DNA of 32,000 nucleotides, taken from contig NC_015735.1 of NCBI RefSeq assembly GCF_000219175.1, positions 120,001 to 152,000 of the forward strand, in the 5' to 3' direction. The DNA comes from Candidatus Moranella endobia PCIT. Its GTDB lineage: Bacteria > Pseudomonadota > Gammaproteobacteria > Enterobacterales > Enterobacteriaceae. This document shows positions 1-8,207 of the stretch, in pieces. The position numbers and the translations under genes are program-made. The notes below the pieces were generated by a model. The model searched no databases and was not told the origin of the DNA. It worked only from the letters and a program-made list of their open reading frames with translations. Position 1 is the stretch's first letter, and the number at the start of each line of letters is the position of its first letter.

Positions 1-651
1 ACTGCTGGTAACTGCAGCACCGGCTGAAACTCCCTTACCAAAATCGTAAGTAACTGATATACCATAGCCTACGCCATTTTCTTTCTGGAGATCAAGATCT
101 GTTTTATGCTCAACTTTGCTATCATTTTTTCCTTGATATTGCAGTGCAAAATTAAAGCCATCTAACCTGCCGAAGCAGTTGGTATTGCGATAGGTTAGCA
201 AGCTATTGGCGCGGCCAGTAATAACATTATCAGTAACTGTGGTATCCCCGCTGAATACTAGCACAATATCTGTCCAGGCACCGACGTCATACAGTACTCC
301 GTAGTTCCGTCCATAATCGATACTGCCCACGTTGGTGAACTTGATACCGGCAAAACCTAATCGGCTAAAGTGATTGTTTGCGACTATACTTTCGGTATGG
401 CGCAACCCAACTTCCTGTTCCAAGGTACCGAAACTAATAATATTAGCGCTAAGCTTGGTTTCTGCCCGGAAGCCATAACGAACAAAAGAACGATCACCGT
501 TTTTATTAGCATAAAATGACATATAACGTATACAGTTGAATTTACCGTACAAATCAAGTTTATTACCTTCTTTATTATAAACTTCGGTGGCTCTGGCACT
601 ACTTACCATCGCTATTGCCGACATTAGTACAGAAAGATATTGTATTTTCAT
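1..651 (-). CDS. General diffusion porin (OmpC/OmpF/PhoE family), N-terminal 217 codons; the CDS continues past the left window edge
   Basis: The minus-strand frame is open from the ATG (651-649) to position 1. It is missing from the ORF track only because no stop lies inside the window. Hand translation gives MKIQYLSVLMSAIAMVSSARA|TEVYNKEGNKLDLYGK...RLGFAGIKFTNVGSIDYGRNYGVLYDVGAWTD...FNFALQYQGKND. This is a signal peptide followed by the hallmark porin motifs (compare E. coli OmpC AEIYNKDGNKLDLYGK, FAGLKF, GSFDYGRNYGVVYDV, FAVQYQGKN). Confidence 0.8.
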   Translation of the reverse strand, partial: MKIQYLSVLMSAIAMVSSARATEVYNKEGNKLDLYGKFNCIRYMSFYANKNGDRSFVRYGFRAETKLSANIISFGTLEQEVGLRHTESIVANNHFSRLGFAGIKFTNVGSIDYGRNYGVLYDVGAWTDIVLVFSGDTTVTDNVITGRANSLLTYRNTNCFGRLDGFNFALQYQGKNDSKVEHKTDLDLQKENGVGYGISVTYDFGKGVSAGAAVTSS

Positions 652-814
652 CTTGATACCCTCTATATATGTTATATTTTGCCACTAATAACTTAACAGC
701 AGCAAAGGCTAAAATAACAACAAGAGTATGCAAAAAAATTGCAGCTCACTAATCAAGCTGATATTTCACTGAGCAAAAATTATGCTAAAACGCAAAAATA
801 AGACGACGTTGTCC

Positions 815-843
815 TTGTTTTTAGCCAACTAGCTCATTATAAT
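815..843 (+). promoter_or_regulatory. Candidate sigma-70 promoter of the rpsF operon
   Basis: TTGTTT (815-820), a 17-nt spacer, then a perfect TATAAT (838-843), about 100 nt upstream of the rpsF ATG. Sequence pattern only. Confidence 0.35.
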
Positions 844-942
844 TGCGCGCCGTTTTTCGAATAAAAACTTATGTATAAGTTCCTTACTTCCATGGGATAA
901 AGTTGACCATCGGAGGTTGAATAATCCGTAAGGAGCCATTCT

Positions 943-1353
943 ATGCGTCATTACGAAATAGTTTTTATGGTGCATCCTGACCAAAGCGAACAGGTTACTG
1001 GTATGATCGAACGCTATAGCAACCTGATTGCTATTGCTAAAGGCAAAATCCATCGTCTTGAAGACTGGGGACGTCGTCAGTTAGCGTACCCAATTAACAA
1101 ACTACATAAAGCGCACTACGTTCTGCTGAACGTAGAAGCACCACAGAAAGTAGTAGAAGAGCTAGAAATAGCTTTTCGCTTCAATGACGCCATTATCCGC
1201 AGCATAGTCATGCGTGTTAAGCACGCCGCAACTGAAGCATCTCCGATCGGAAAAGTAAAAGACGAACGCCGCAAGCGCCGTGAAAATTTTGTAATCGATA
1301 CTAACGAAGATTCTAATGCTGGTGATTCTGAAGAATACGATCATGTTAGATAG
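943..1353 (+). CDS. rpsF: 30S ribosomal protein S6
   Basis: [24 protein letters not shown]...[26 protein letters not shown] is near-identical to E. coli RpsF. AAGGAG lies 8 nt upstream of the ATG. It is followed by priB-rpsR-rplI as in enterobacteria. Confidence 0.97.
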   Translation: MRHYEIVFMVHPDQSEQVTGMIERYSNLIAIAKGKIHRLEDWGRRQLAYPINKLHKAHYVLLNVEAPQKVVEELEIAFRFNDAIIRSIVMRVKHAATEASPIGKVKDERRKRRENFVIDTNEDSNAGDSEEYDHVR

Positions 1354-1356
1354 ATC

Positions 1357-1683
1357 ATGTTAGCAAACCGCCTGATGCTGTCGGGCATAGTGTGTAAAAC
1401 ACCTATACGTAAGGTGAGTCCTTCCGGTATTTCACATTGCCAGTTTGTGCTTGAGCACCGTTCTGTGCAGCACGAGGCTGGTTTTTCACGCCAGGCATGG
1501 TGTAGATTGCCCGTTGTGTTTAGTGGGCAACAAACTATTAATATAAACAGTATTATATTAGGCACGCATATTGCAGTGCAGGGGTTCATTAGTTGCCATC
1601 AAGGACGCAATGGCTTAAGCAAAATAGTGTTACATGCTAAAGTGTTACATGCTGAGCCAATTGATTTGATATATGGAGACTAG
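1357..1683 (+). CDS. priB: Primosomal replication protein N (PriB)
   Basis: [46 protein letters not shown] matches E. coli PriB ([46 protein letters not shown]). The conserved operon position supports the call. It carries an in-frame 15-bp tandem duplication near the 3' end (see findings). Confidence 0.93.
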   Translation: MLANRLMLSGIVCKTPIRKVSPSGISHCQFVLEHRSVQHEAGFSRQAWCRLPVVFSGQQTININSIILGTHIAVQGFISCHQGRNGLSKIVLHAKVLHAEPIDLIYGD

Positions 1684-1687
1684 CCTT

Positions 1688-1915
1688 ATGGGAAGTTATT
1701 TCCGTCGTCGCAAATTCTGCCGTTTTACCGCGGATGGCGTTGTTGAGATTGATTACAAAGACATCGCTATGCTGAAAAACTATATCACTGAAAGTGGAAA
1801 AATTGTCCCGAGCCGGATTACCGGTACTCGTGCCAAATACCAACGGCAGCTAGCCAGCGCTATCAAGCGTGCGCGTTACCTTGCGCTATTGCCGTACACT
1901 GATCTGCATCATTAA
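1688..1915 (+). CDS. rpsR: 30S ribosomal protein S18
   Basis: [72 protein letters not shown] is near-identical to E. coli RpsR. I chose the internal ATG at 1688, which has GGAG 9 nt upstream, rather than the track start at 1673, to match the orthologue N-terminus (MARYFRRRKF). Confidence 0.95.
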   Translation: MGSYFRRRKFCRFTADGVVEIDYKDIAMLKNYITESGKIVPSRITGTRAKYQRQLASAIKRARYLALLPYTDLHH

Positions 1916-1953
1916 TCAGTCTGGATCTACTAATTATTTGAGAGGAGAAAATG

Positions 1954-2406
1954 ATGCAAGTGATTCTGCTTGCTAAAGTAAGTAACCTGGGCGGTTTTAG
2001 TGATCAGGTTAAAGTGAAAGCTGGCTATGCTCGTAACTACCTAATTCCGCAGGGCAAAGCAGTGCCAGCTACCAAGGAAAACTTGAAAGAGTTTGAGGTA
2101 CGTCGTGCTGAATTGGAAACAAAACTGGCGGATATTCAGGCTGCCGCTGAAACACGCGCTGCAAAACTTCAGGAAGTAGGTTGCATTATTATTGCGGCTA
2201 AAGCAGGCAACGAAGGTAAACTTTTTGGCTCTATTGGTGCCCGTAACGTCGCGGACGCAATAACTACTGCAGGAGTTAATGTAACTAAAAGTGAAGTACG
2301 TTTGCCACATGGTGTGTTGCGCAATATTGGTGACCACGACGTCAAAATTCAGGTATATAACGATATGTTCGTTACCCTGAATGTAGTAATTGTGCCTGAA
2401 GCATAA
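1954..2406 (+). CDS. rplI: 50S ribosomal protein L9
   Basis: MQVILL.KV.NLG...[22 protein letters not shown] matches E. coli RplI. I chose the second ATG of the ATGATG pair because its spacing to GAGGAG is better and the length matches the orthologue. Confidence 0.95.
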   Translation: MQVILLAKVSNLGGFSDQVKVKAGYARNYLIPQGKAVPATKENLKEFEVRRAELETKLADIQAAAETRAAKLQEVGCIIIAAKAGNEGKLFGSIGARNVADAITTAGVNVTKSEVRLPHGVLRNIGDHDVKIQVYNDMFVTLNVVIVPEA

Positions 2407-2693
2407 CCGTAGCAGGCCGGCCTGACTAACCTATGTCATAGTTCCCCTATGATGGCGGGCATGGCTGCAATAACAGCCATACATACATAACATAATATGG
2501 TGGTTTAGTTTGTTGTTGTTTTTGCTGAACAAAACATAAAAAATAGCAAACCTGGGAATCACGTAGACTGTTCTTCTTGAAATTCTGCATGTAATTGTAA
2601 TGGTGGTTACGACTAGATCTCATTATGACGCAAACTGTGCGACTTGTTGATTGAGGCTATTACAGTAAATTATTATTAGAATAGGAGAATGAA

Positions 2694-3689
2694 ATGATAC
2701 ATATTGTCTACGTTGCTAGCCCAGAAAGTCAGCAAATACACGTCTGGCAAATGGATAATCAAGGCTCGCTAACATTATTGCAAGTGTTAAACACCCCCGG
2801 TCAAGGGAAGCCGATGGCAATTCATCCAGCGAACACACACCTATATATTGGTGTTCGGCCGGTATGTGGTGTGGTAAGCTACTACATTGATAAACTAGGG
2901 TTGTTAACCGAAGCTAATATAACGCCGTTGCCGGGTAGCCCGACGCATTTAACCACAGATTCAAAGGGCAAGAAACTGTACAGCGTTTCCTATAGCAGCA
3001 GTTGTCTCAGCGTCAGCCCCATCGATGAGCATGGTATCGTCGGCGCGCCGCAGCAAACCCTGGAAGGATTAACCAACTGCCATTCCGCTAATGTAGATAC
3101 CATCAATAAGTTACTCTGGGTGCCATGCCTGCAAGAAGATCGTATACGACTCTATGCTATTGACGAGTCTGAAAATTTGACAACTCTAAAGCCGGTGGCG
3201 CTAAAAAGTACCGGCGCTGGACCACGTCATATGGCTTTTCACTACAGCGGTAATTATGCCTATGTCATCAATGAACTCAGCGGTATGGTGCAGGTGATTG
3301 CTATAAACGCCGCGCGCACCGGTCCGCGTATTGTGCAAACACTAGATATGATGCATTCTTCTGGATTGAGTGATACCCGCTGGGCGGCTGATATTCATAT
3401 TACTCCTAATGGAAATTTGCTTTACTGTTGCGATCGCACCACAAGCATTATCAGCTGGTTTGCAGTGTCGGAGGAAGGCAACGTACTAAGTTTTTTGGGC
3501 CAACAGAAAACTGAAACCCAGCCTTGTGGGTTCAATATCGATACCCAAGGGCGTTTCCTAGTTGCTGCCGGGCAGAAATCGCACCATATAGCAGTGTACG
3601 CCATCGATGCAAAATCAGGCAAACTAGCGCCCATAGCACGCTATGAGGTAGGGCAAGGACCGATGTGGGTATCGATCATAAAACGGTAA
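2694..3689 (+). CDS. pgl: 6-phosphogluconolactonase (YbhE/Pgl type, beta-propeller)
   Basis: 331 aa, the same length as E. coli Pgl. Shared motifs are VYVASPESQQIHVW, GSPTHL, CHSANV, GAGPRHMAFH, SDTRWAADIHITP.G, ETQPCGFN, AAGQKSHHI.VY and VGQGPMWV. GGAG precedes the ATG. Confidence 0.9.
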   Translation: MIHIVYVASPESQQIHVWQMDNQGSLTLLQVLNTPGQGKPMAIHPANTHLYIGVRPVCGVVSYYIDKLGLLTEANITPLPGSPTHLTTDSKGKKLYSVSYSSSCLSVSPIDEHGIVGAPQQTLEGLTNCHSANVDTINKLLWVPCLQEDRIRLYAIDESENLTTLKPVALKSTGAGPRHMAFHYSGNYAYVINELSGMVQVIAINAARTGPRIVQTLDMMHSSGLSDTRWAADIHITPNGNLLYCCDRTTSIISWFAVSEEGNVLSFLGQQKTETQPCGFNIDTQGRFLVAAGQKSHHIAVYAIDAKSGKLAPIARYEVGQGPMWVSIIKR

Positions 3690-3808
3690 GTAACTACTGC
3701 ACGTGCGCACCTAGCTTTTAGCTTAAAGCTATCTAGACCATAGAACAACATCAATCAGGCATGTTTCTCATGTATAGTGGTTTGCGGATAGATAGTAAGA
3801 GGAAACAG

Positions 3809-4730
3809 ATGTTAAAAAAAGCATGACATAAACATTGCAGATTATGATGCTGAATTGTGGCAGGCAATGGAGCAGGAAGTAATGCGCCAGAAAGAGCACA
3901 TTGAACTGATTGCCTCTGAAATACACTAGTACCAGAATTATGCAGGCTAAGGGCTCACAGCTAACCAATAAGTACGCTGAAGGTTATCCCGGTTACTATG
4001 GCGGATGTGAATATGTAGACGTGGTTGAGCAATTGGCAATCGATCGCGCGAAAGCTTTGTTTGGTGCCGATTATGCAAATGTACAGCCTCATTCTGGATC
4101 ACAGGCAAATTATGCTATTTCAGCCGGTCGATACAGTGCTTTACATGCATCTAGCACACGGTGGTCATTTGACAAACGGTGCTTCAGTTAATCTGGTAAA
4201 TTATATAATTTATATAATAAATAATATCGTGCATTAATGTATGACAGACTTAATTCAGCTGTTTTCCATGGTGCGCAGGGCGGTCCGTTAATGCATGTCA
4301 TCGCCGCTAAGGCAGTTGCCTTGAAATAGGCCATGGAGCCAGCGTTTAAAACTTACCAGCAACAGATAGTAGAGGTTTTCTTATTTCGCGGTTTCAAAGT
4401 AGTATCAGGCGCTACCAATAATCACCTGTTCTTGCTAGATTTACGGGAAAAAACCTTAACGGACAAGAGGCTGATATTGCCCTGGGCCGCGCAAATATTA
4501 CTGTTAACAAAAACAATGTACCGAACGATCAACAAAGCCCGTTCGTTACCTACTGGATAAGTATTGGTACACCAGCTGTTGTCACCCGCCGTGGTTTTAA
4601 CGAAGCTGATGTGCGCACATTGGCGGGCTGGATGTGCGACGTTCTTGATAATATCAACAACAATGCAGTAATTACACGTACCAAAAACAACGTTCTGGAG
4701 CTATGTGCCCTTCATACAGTTTACGGTTTA
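3809..4730 (+). pseudogene. glyA: Serine hydroxymethyltransferase pseudogene (frameshifts, in-frame stops, internal deletion)
   Basis: GlyA-like peptide segments are spread over three frames. They are MLKK.., [150 protein letters not shown], ..NITVNKN.VPND...PFVT.G, GTPA...RGF.EA....[12 protein letters not shown]. In-frame stops lie at 3824-3826, 3927-3929 and 4327-4329. The span is about 920 nt against about 1250 nt for an intact glyA. The missing middle includes the region that carries the PLP-binding lysine in E. coli (around HVVTTTTHKTL). Confidence 0.88.
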
Positions 4731-4838
4731 TGTTCAATGACAGCGTTTTTACCCGCTAGAATATGTTGATAAAAAACTAAGACGTTATCCTGATTTTGAA
4801 CATAACCACATTACCGATATCAAGGTAACTACGCCAAC

Positions 4839-5570
4839 ATGTCAACGCTGTTCATCTCAGATATTCATCTTTGCGCACAAAATTCGGCTACTACCGCCAG
4901 TTTTCTGCATTTTTTGCGTAACAGGGCCCTGGACGCTCAAGCATTATATATTCTTGGTGATTTGTTTGAGACATGGATAGGGGATGATGATCCTAATCCG
5001 TTACATCACGAAATTTCTGTTGCACTGCAAATTTTGGGTCAGCGCTGTATTCCCTGCTATTTTATCCATGGTAATCGTGATTTCCTACTCGGTAAGCGCT
5101 ATGCTATAACTTGCGGTATGACGCTGTTGTCAGCACCGCAGGTTATGCAGCTTGATGGGCTTAGTGTCGTGATACTGCATGGCGACACGTTGTGTACCGA
5201 CGATAGCGAATACCAGAATTTTCGCCGATTAGTGCATCAACGCTGGCGGCAACGACTATTTTTATCGCTACCATTGCCATTGCGGTTAAGAATTGCCAAT
5301 AGAATGCGCGCGAAGAGCCTGCATGTAAATGCAATTAAAACCTACGATATCATGGACGTTAACACACAGGCAGTGATGACATTGATGGCGCACACTGGTG
5401 CTAAGGTGATGATACATGGCCATACCCACCTACCAGCTATTCACCGTTTACCTGGTGCGCGCTGTCGTGTTGTGCTTGGTGCTTGGCACCGCCACGGGTC
5501 GGTTATTGAGGTTACGGCCACAAGCGTTAAACTATGCGAGTTCTCTGTTAAGACTACTGACTACTCATAG
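4839..5570 (+). CDS. lpxH: UDP-2,3-diacylglucosamine diphosphatase (lipid A biosynthesis)
   Basis: MSTLFISDIHLC...ALYILGDLFE.WIGDDDPNPLH...PCYFIHGNRDFLLGKR...GMTLL...HGDTLCTDD..YQ.FR...IHGHTH.PA.H...RVVLGAWH..GS matches E. coli LpxH, including the calcineurin-like metallophosphoesterase motifs (DxH, GDxxE/D, GNRD, HGD, GHTH). Confidence 0.92.
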   Translation: MSTLFISDIHLCAQNSATTASFLHFLRNRALDAQALYILGDLFETWIGDDDPNPLHHEISVALQILGQRCIPCYFIHGNRDFLLGKRYAITCGMTLLSAPQVMQLDGLSVVILHGDTLCTDDSEYQNFRRLVHQRWRQRLFLSLPLPLRLRIANRMRAKSLHVNAIKTYDIMDVNTQAVMTLMAHTGAKVMIHGHTHLPAIHRLPGARCRVVLGAWHRHGSVIEVTATSVKLCEFSVKTTDYS

Positions 5571-5943
5571 TCTATAATCTATAATCTATCTTTGGGTCAG
5601 CGCTGCTATCGAGGCGAATAAAGAAAAAACTCTAGATTAAAATTACAACCAGCAGCGCATGTTTCAGACAGCAGTCTAGGCTAGCTGGCTAGAGCTCAAC
5701 ATATTCTAGAAGTAGCAGCATGAAGAATAATATATTACAGACGTTCCTGAGATGCCACCTGCGCTTATGTCTAACGGTGACAAACTGACTTAATAAGCAC
5801 ATTGCATTATTAATCAATGGAATCAAGGGCGGCATATAGGTGCAATTAATATTTCGCTCGTTTGTAGACACTGCCAGTTGCCCAAAACCTTGACTTAGTG
5901 GCTATGATCATGACATCATATAGTACTTACTATCATTTTTTAG

Positions 5944-6020
5944 GCGTCCGTAGCTCAGTTGGTTAGAGCACCACCTTGACATGGTGGGGGTCAGTGGTTC
6001 GATTCCACTCGGACGTACCA
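5944..6020 (+). tRNA. tRNA-Val (anticodon GAC), 77 nt with encoded CCA
   Basis: Hand-folded cloverleaf: GCGTCCG TA GCTC AGTTGGTTA GAGC A CCACC TTGACAT GGTGG GGGTC AGTGG TTCGATT CCACT CGGACGT A CCA. The anticodon loop TTGACAT gives GAC. The body is almost identical to my memory of E. coli valV/valW. The first acceptor pair is G1-U72 rather than G-C. Confidence 0.93.
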
Positions 6021-6353
6021 AATACTATCTTAGTTACTAGTTCTATTCAGTTAGACCACCACAGGTGGGTAATTGATATTTCATGATTGTATTTTTTTTG
6101 CTCATTCATGTCGACGTATTTTTCGGTATAGATAGAAGCAAATATAGCAATAATCGCTATATTTATTAATTTATCCCTTCTAAACATGTCATAAAACTAA
6201 CACATCGGGACTATATATAGTCTAAGTATGGCTGTGCTAGATATTAGCTAGAACCTAAATTATCTATGATAACTTGTGATAAGTTATCATTTATCATACA
6301 ATATATATAAAATAAGCAGTTAATACGTCAGTTTTAGCCAGATGAGGAAGTGC

Positions 6354-6962
6354 ATGTTTACAGGGATTGTGCAAACCACAGTGCCCATTATTGCGATTGA
6401 AGAAAAAAATTATTTTCGTACCCATTACCTCCGTCTTCCTGCTGAGCTGTTGCTTGATTTATCCATTGGCTCCTCTGTCGCCCATAATGGTTGTTGTCTG
6501 ACAGTTACCGGAATTAATAGCAACATGGTAAGTTTTGATCTGATGAAAGAAACGCTCATACTTACCAACTTGGGCCAGCTTGGGGTCGGCGACGAGGTTA
6601 ACATTGAACGGGCGGCGCGCCTACAGGCAGAAATTGGTGGACATCTTATGTCAGGGCACGTTAGATGCACAGCCGAACTAACTAAAATTATCACATCAGA
6701 GAACAACCGACAGATTTGGTGTTCAATGCAAAATAGGCAACTAATGAAATATATCCTGCATAAAGGCTATATCGGCGTTGAAGGCATAAGTTTGACGGTA
6801 GGCGAGATTACAGGCAGCTGTTTTTGTGTGCATGTGATACCTGAAACTTTGTTGCGCACCAACCTAGGTCAAAAACGGCTCGGCGAGAGCGTCAATATCG
6901 AACTTGACCCACAGACGCAGGTAATTGTTAATACCGTGGAACGGGTATTAGTTAGTAAGTAA
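6354..6962 (+). CDS. ribE: Riboflavin synthase (alpha chain)
   Basis: MFTGIVQ.T..I..I.EK..FRTH...LP......L..G.SVAHNGCCLTVT.IN...VSFDLMKETL..TNLG.L.VGD.VN.ERAA....EIGGHLMSGH....AE..KI.TSENNRQIW...Q..QLMKYIL.KG.IG..GISLTVGE.T...FCVH.IPETL.RT.LG.K.LG..VNIE.DPQTQ matches E. coli RibC/RibE. I chose the start at 6354 (MFTGIVQ), which has GAGGAAG 5 nt upstream, rather than the track start at 6342. Confidence 0.92.
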   Translation: MFTGIVQTTVPIIAIEEKNYFRTHYLRLPAELLLDLSIGSSVAHNGCCLTVTGINSNMVSFDLMKETLILTNLGQLGVGDEVNIERAARLQAEIGGHLMSGHVRCTAELTKIITSENNRQIWCSMQNRQLMKYILHKGYIGVEGISLTVGEITGSCFCVHVIPETLLRTNLGQKRLGESVNIELDPQTQVIVNTVERVLVSK

Positions 6963-7101
6963 GTTAGGCGCGAACGTACAGCAGTATCTCGATCTAGTAC
7001 GGGATGTAGGTAGATAGCAGCATAGCACCGGAAGGACCATCGATAGCAGCCAATAAATTATAATCTTAACAACTGAGTATTCCGATAAGTATATATCTTA
7101 T

Positions 7102-7932
7102 ATGAGATGCGCAAGGCATGACAAACTACAAAAAATCCTGGCCCGCTCCGGATATGGTGCACGCAGAAAGATCGAAGCACTTATTGAGCAGGGTCGCGTG
7201 AGCGTAGACGGTCAAGTTGCTACTCTGGGAGATCGTGTGGAGGTAATTAATACTACCAAGATCCGCATTGATGGTCGAATTATCACTATCCAACCGGTAG
7301 AAAACAATCGTTGCCGCGTGCTGGCATATTATAAACAGGAAGGCGAACTATGTACACGCCGCGATCCGGATGGAAGGCCAACGGTGTTTGATCGCCTGCC
7401 ACTTCTCAATCATTCCCGCTGGGTGGCCATTGGCCGCCTGGATATCAACACATCAGGGCTATTGTTATTTACCAATGATGGAGAACTTGCTCATTTCTTG
7501 ATGCATCCTAGCTGTGAAATCGAACGTGAATATGCCGTGCGTGTTTTCGGCATAGTGGATGAGGGGAAATTACGTCAGCTGACCAGCGGTGTTCAGCTAG
7601 AAGATGGTTATGCTTACTTTAACAGCTTGAAGTTACAGGAGGGGGGAACAGGTCTAAACCAGTGGTACACTGTTACTCTGAAGGAAGGGCGTAATCGCGA
7701 AGTGCGGCGAATGTGGGAAGCAGTTGGACTACAAGTAAGTCGTCTTATCCGCGTGCGCTACGGTAACATTAGCCTGCCCAAGGGAATGCAACGCGGCAGT
7801 TGGGCTATGCTGCCGCCAGAACAGATAAGTTATCTTATGCGACGGGATTATACTGGTAACACAATCAAAGCACATTCACGCTGTAGTGGTAACCACCATA
7901 GCAAAAAAAAAAAACAACTACACAGTAGATAA
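7102..7932 (+). CDS. rluB: 23S rRNA pseudouridine(2605) synthase RluB
   Basis: KLQKILARSGYGARRKIEALIEQGRVSVDG (S4 domain), CRVLAYYK.EGELCTR.DP.GRPTVFDRLP...RW.A.GRLD.NT.GLLLFT.DGELA..LMHPS.E.EREYAVRVFG.VD..KLR.L..GVQLEDG and NQWY.VTL.EGRNREVRR.WEAVG.QVSRLIRVRYG.I.LPKG..RG match E. coli RluB. The C-terminal tail diverges and contains an A12 homopolymer (7903-7914). Confidence 0.88.
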   Translation: MRCARHDKLQKILARSGYGARRKIEALIEQGRVSVDGQVATLGDRVEVINTTKIRIDGRIITIQPVENNRCRVLAYYKQEGELCTRRDPDGRPTVFDRLPLLNHSRWVAIGRLDINTSGLLLFTNDGELAHFLMHPSCEIEREYAVRVFGIVDEGKLRQLTSGVQLEDGYAYFNSLKLQEGGTGLNQWYTVTLKEGRNREVRRMWEAVGLQVSRLIRVRYGNISLPKGMQRGSWAMLPPEQISYLMRRDYTGNTIKAHSRCSGNHHSKKKKQLHSR

Positions 7933-8013
7933 CAAATTACATTGTAAGTAATTGATATTAGTTAGTGTGCTATTTACATTGTGTATTTATTTGGTTCAGT
8001 TCAGCCATGCAAG

Positions 8014-8046
8014 TTGACTTTTTGCCTCTATACTAGTTTACTAGTA
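8014..8046 (+). promoter_or_regulatory. trp operon promoter with overlapping TrpR operator
   Basis: TTGACT(8014-8019)-17 nt-TTTACT(8037-8042). The stretch TTGACTTTTTGCCTCTATACTAGTTTACTAGTACGTAGTT aligns position for position with the E. coli trp promoter/operator TTGACAATTAATCATCGAACTAGTTAACTAGTACGCAAGTT. The operator core is ACTAGTTTACTAGT here and ACTAGTTAACTAGT in E. coli. Confidence 0.75.
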
Positions 8047-8078
8047 CGTAGTTAAATACAAGTCATCGAGATACTCAC

Positions 8079-8156
8079 ATAATTATACTTGTCACTTTAC
8101 TTTTTCGCTGGCGGCGTATTTTTTGATGTGGTTGGTGGCGTTATCATGCGTTGTAA
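8079..8156 (+). other. trpL: Eroded trp leader-peptide (trpL) region
   Basis: GGTTGGTGGCG (8130-8140, codons Gly-Trp-Trp-Arg) and the downstream CATGCGT are conserved with the E. coli leader. That frame has no ATG, GTG or TTG between the upstream TAG (8049-8051) and the Trp codons. The position that aligns with the E. coli ATG reads ATA (8079-8081). An in-frame TGA (8124-8126) lies 2 codons before TGG TGG. Confidence 0.45.
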
Positions 8157-8182
8157 TCATTAGAACAAGCAAGATCCAGACT

Positions 8183-8207
8183 AGCCCGCGGCGCACGCGG
8201 GCTTTTT
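8183..8207 (+). terminator. trp attenuator (3:4-type intrinsic terminator hairpin)
   Basis: AGCCCGCG (8183-8190) / loop GCGCA / CGCGGGCT (8196-8203), followed by a run of 5 T, located 28 nt before the trpE ATG. The E. coli attenuator AGCCCGCCTAATGAGCGGGCTTTTTTTT sits in the same position, but the U-tract here is shorter. Confidence 0.7.

Noticed and set aside
384-599. 71-aa minus-strand ORF from the track
   Set aside because: It is in a different frame from the porin CDS, which is open through 1-651 and carries clear porin motifs. It is an out-of-frame artefact.
2413-2480. 12-bp perfect palindrome CAGGCCGGCCTG and a 7-bp stem (ATGGCTG/CAGCCAT) after rplI, considered as a possible terminator
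   Set aside because: Neither is followed by a U-tract, and the first has no loop. This is too weak to call an intrinsic terminator.
3910-4560. Three plus-strand ORFs (93, 70 and 75 aa) that could be read as separate small genes
   Set aside because: Each carries consecutive pieces of GlyA in a different frame. They are fragments of one pseudogene, not independent genes.
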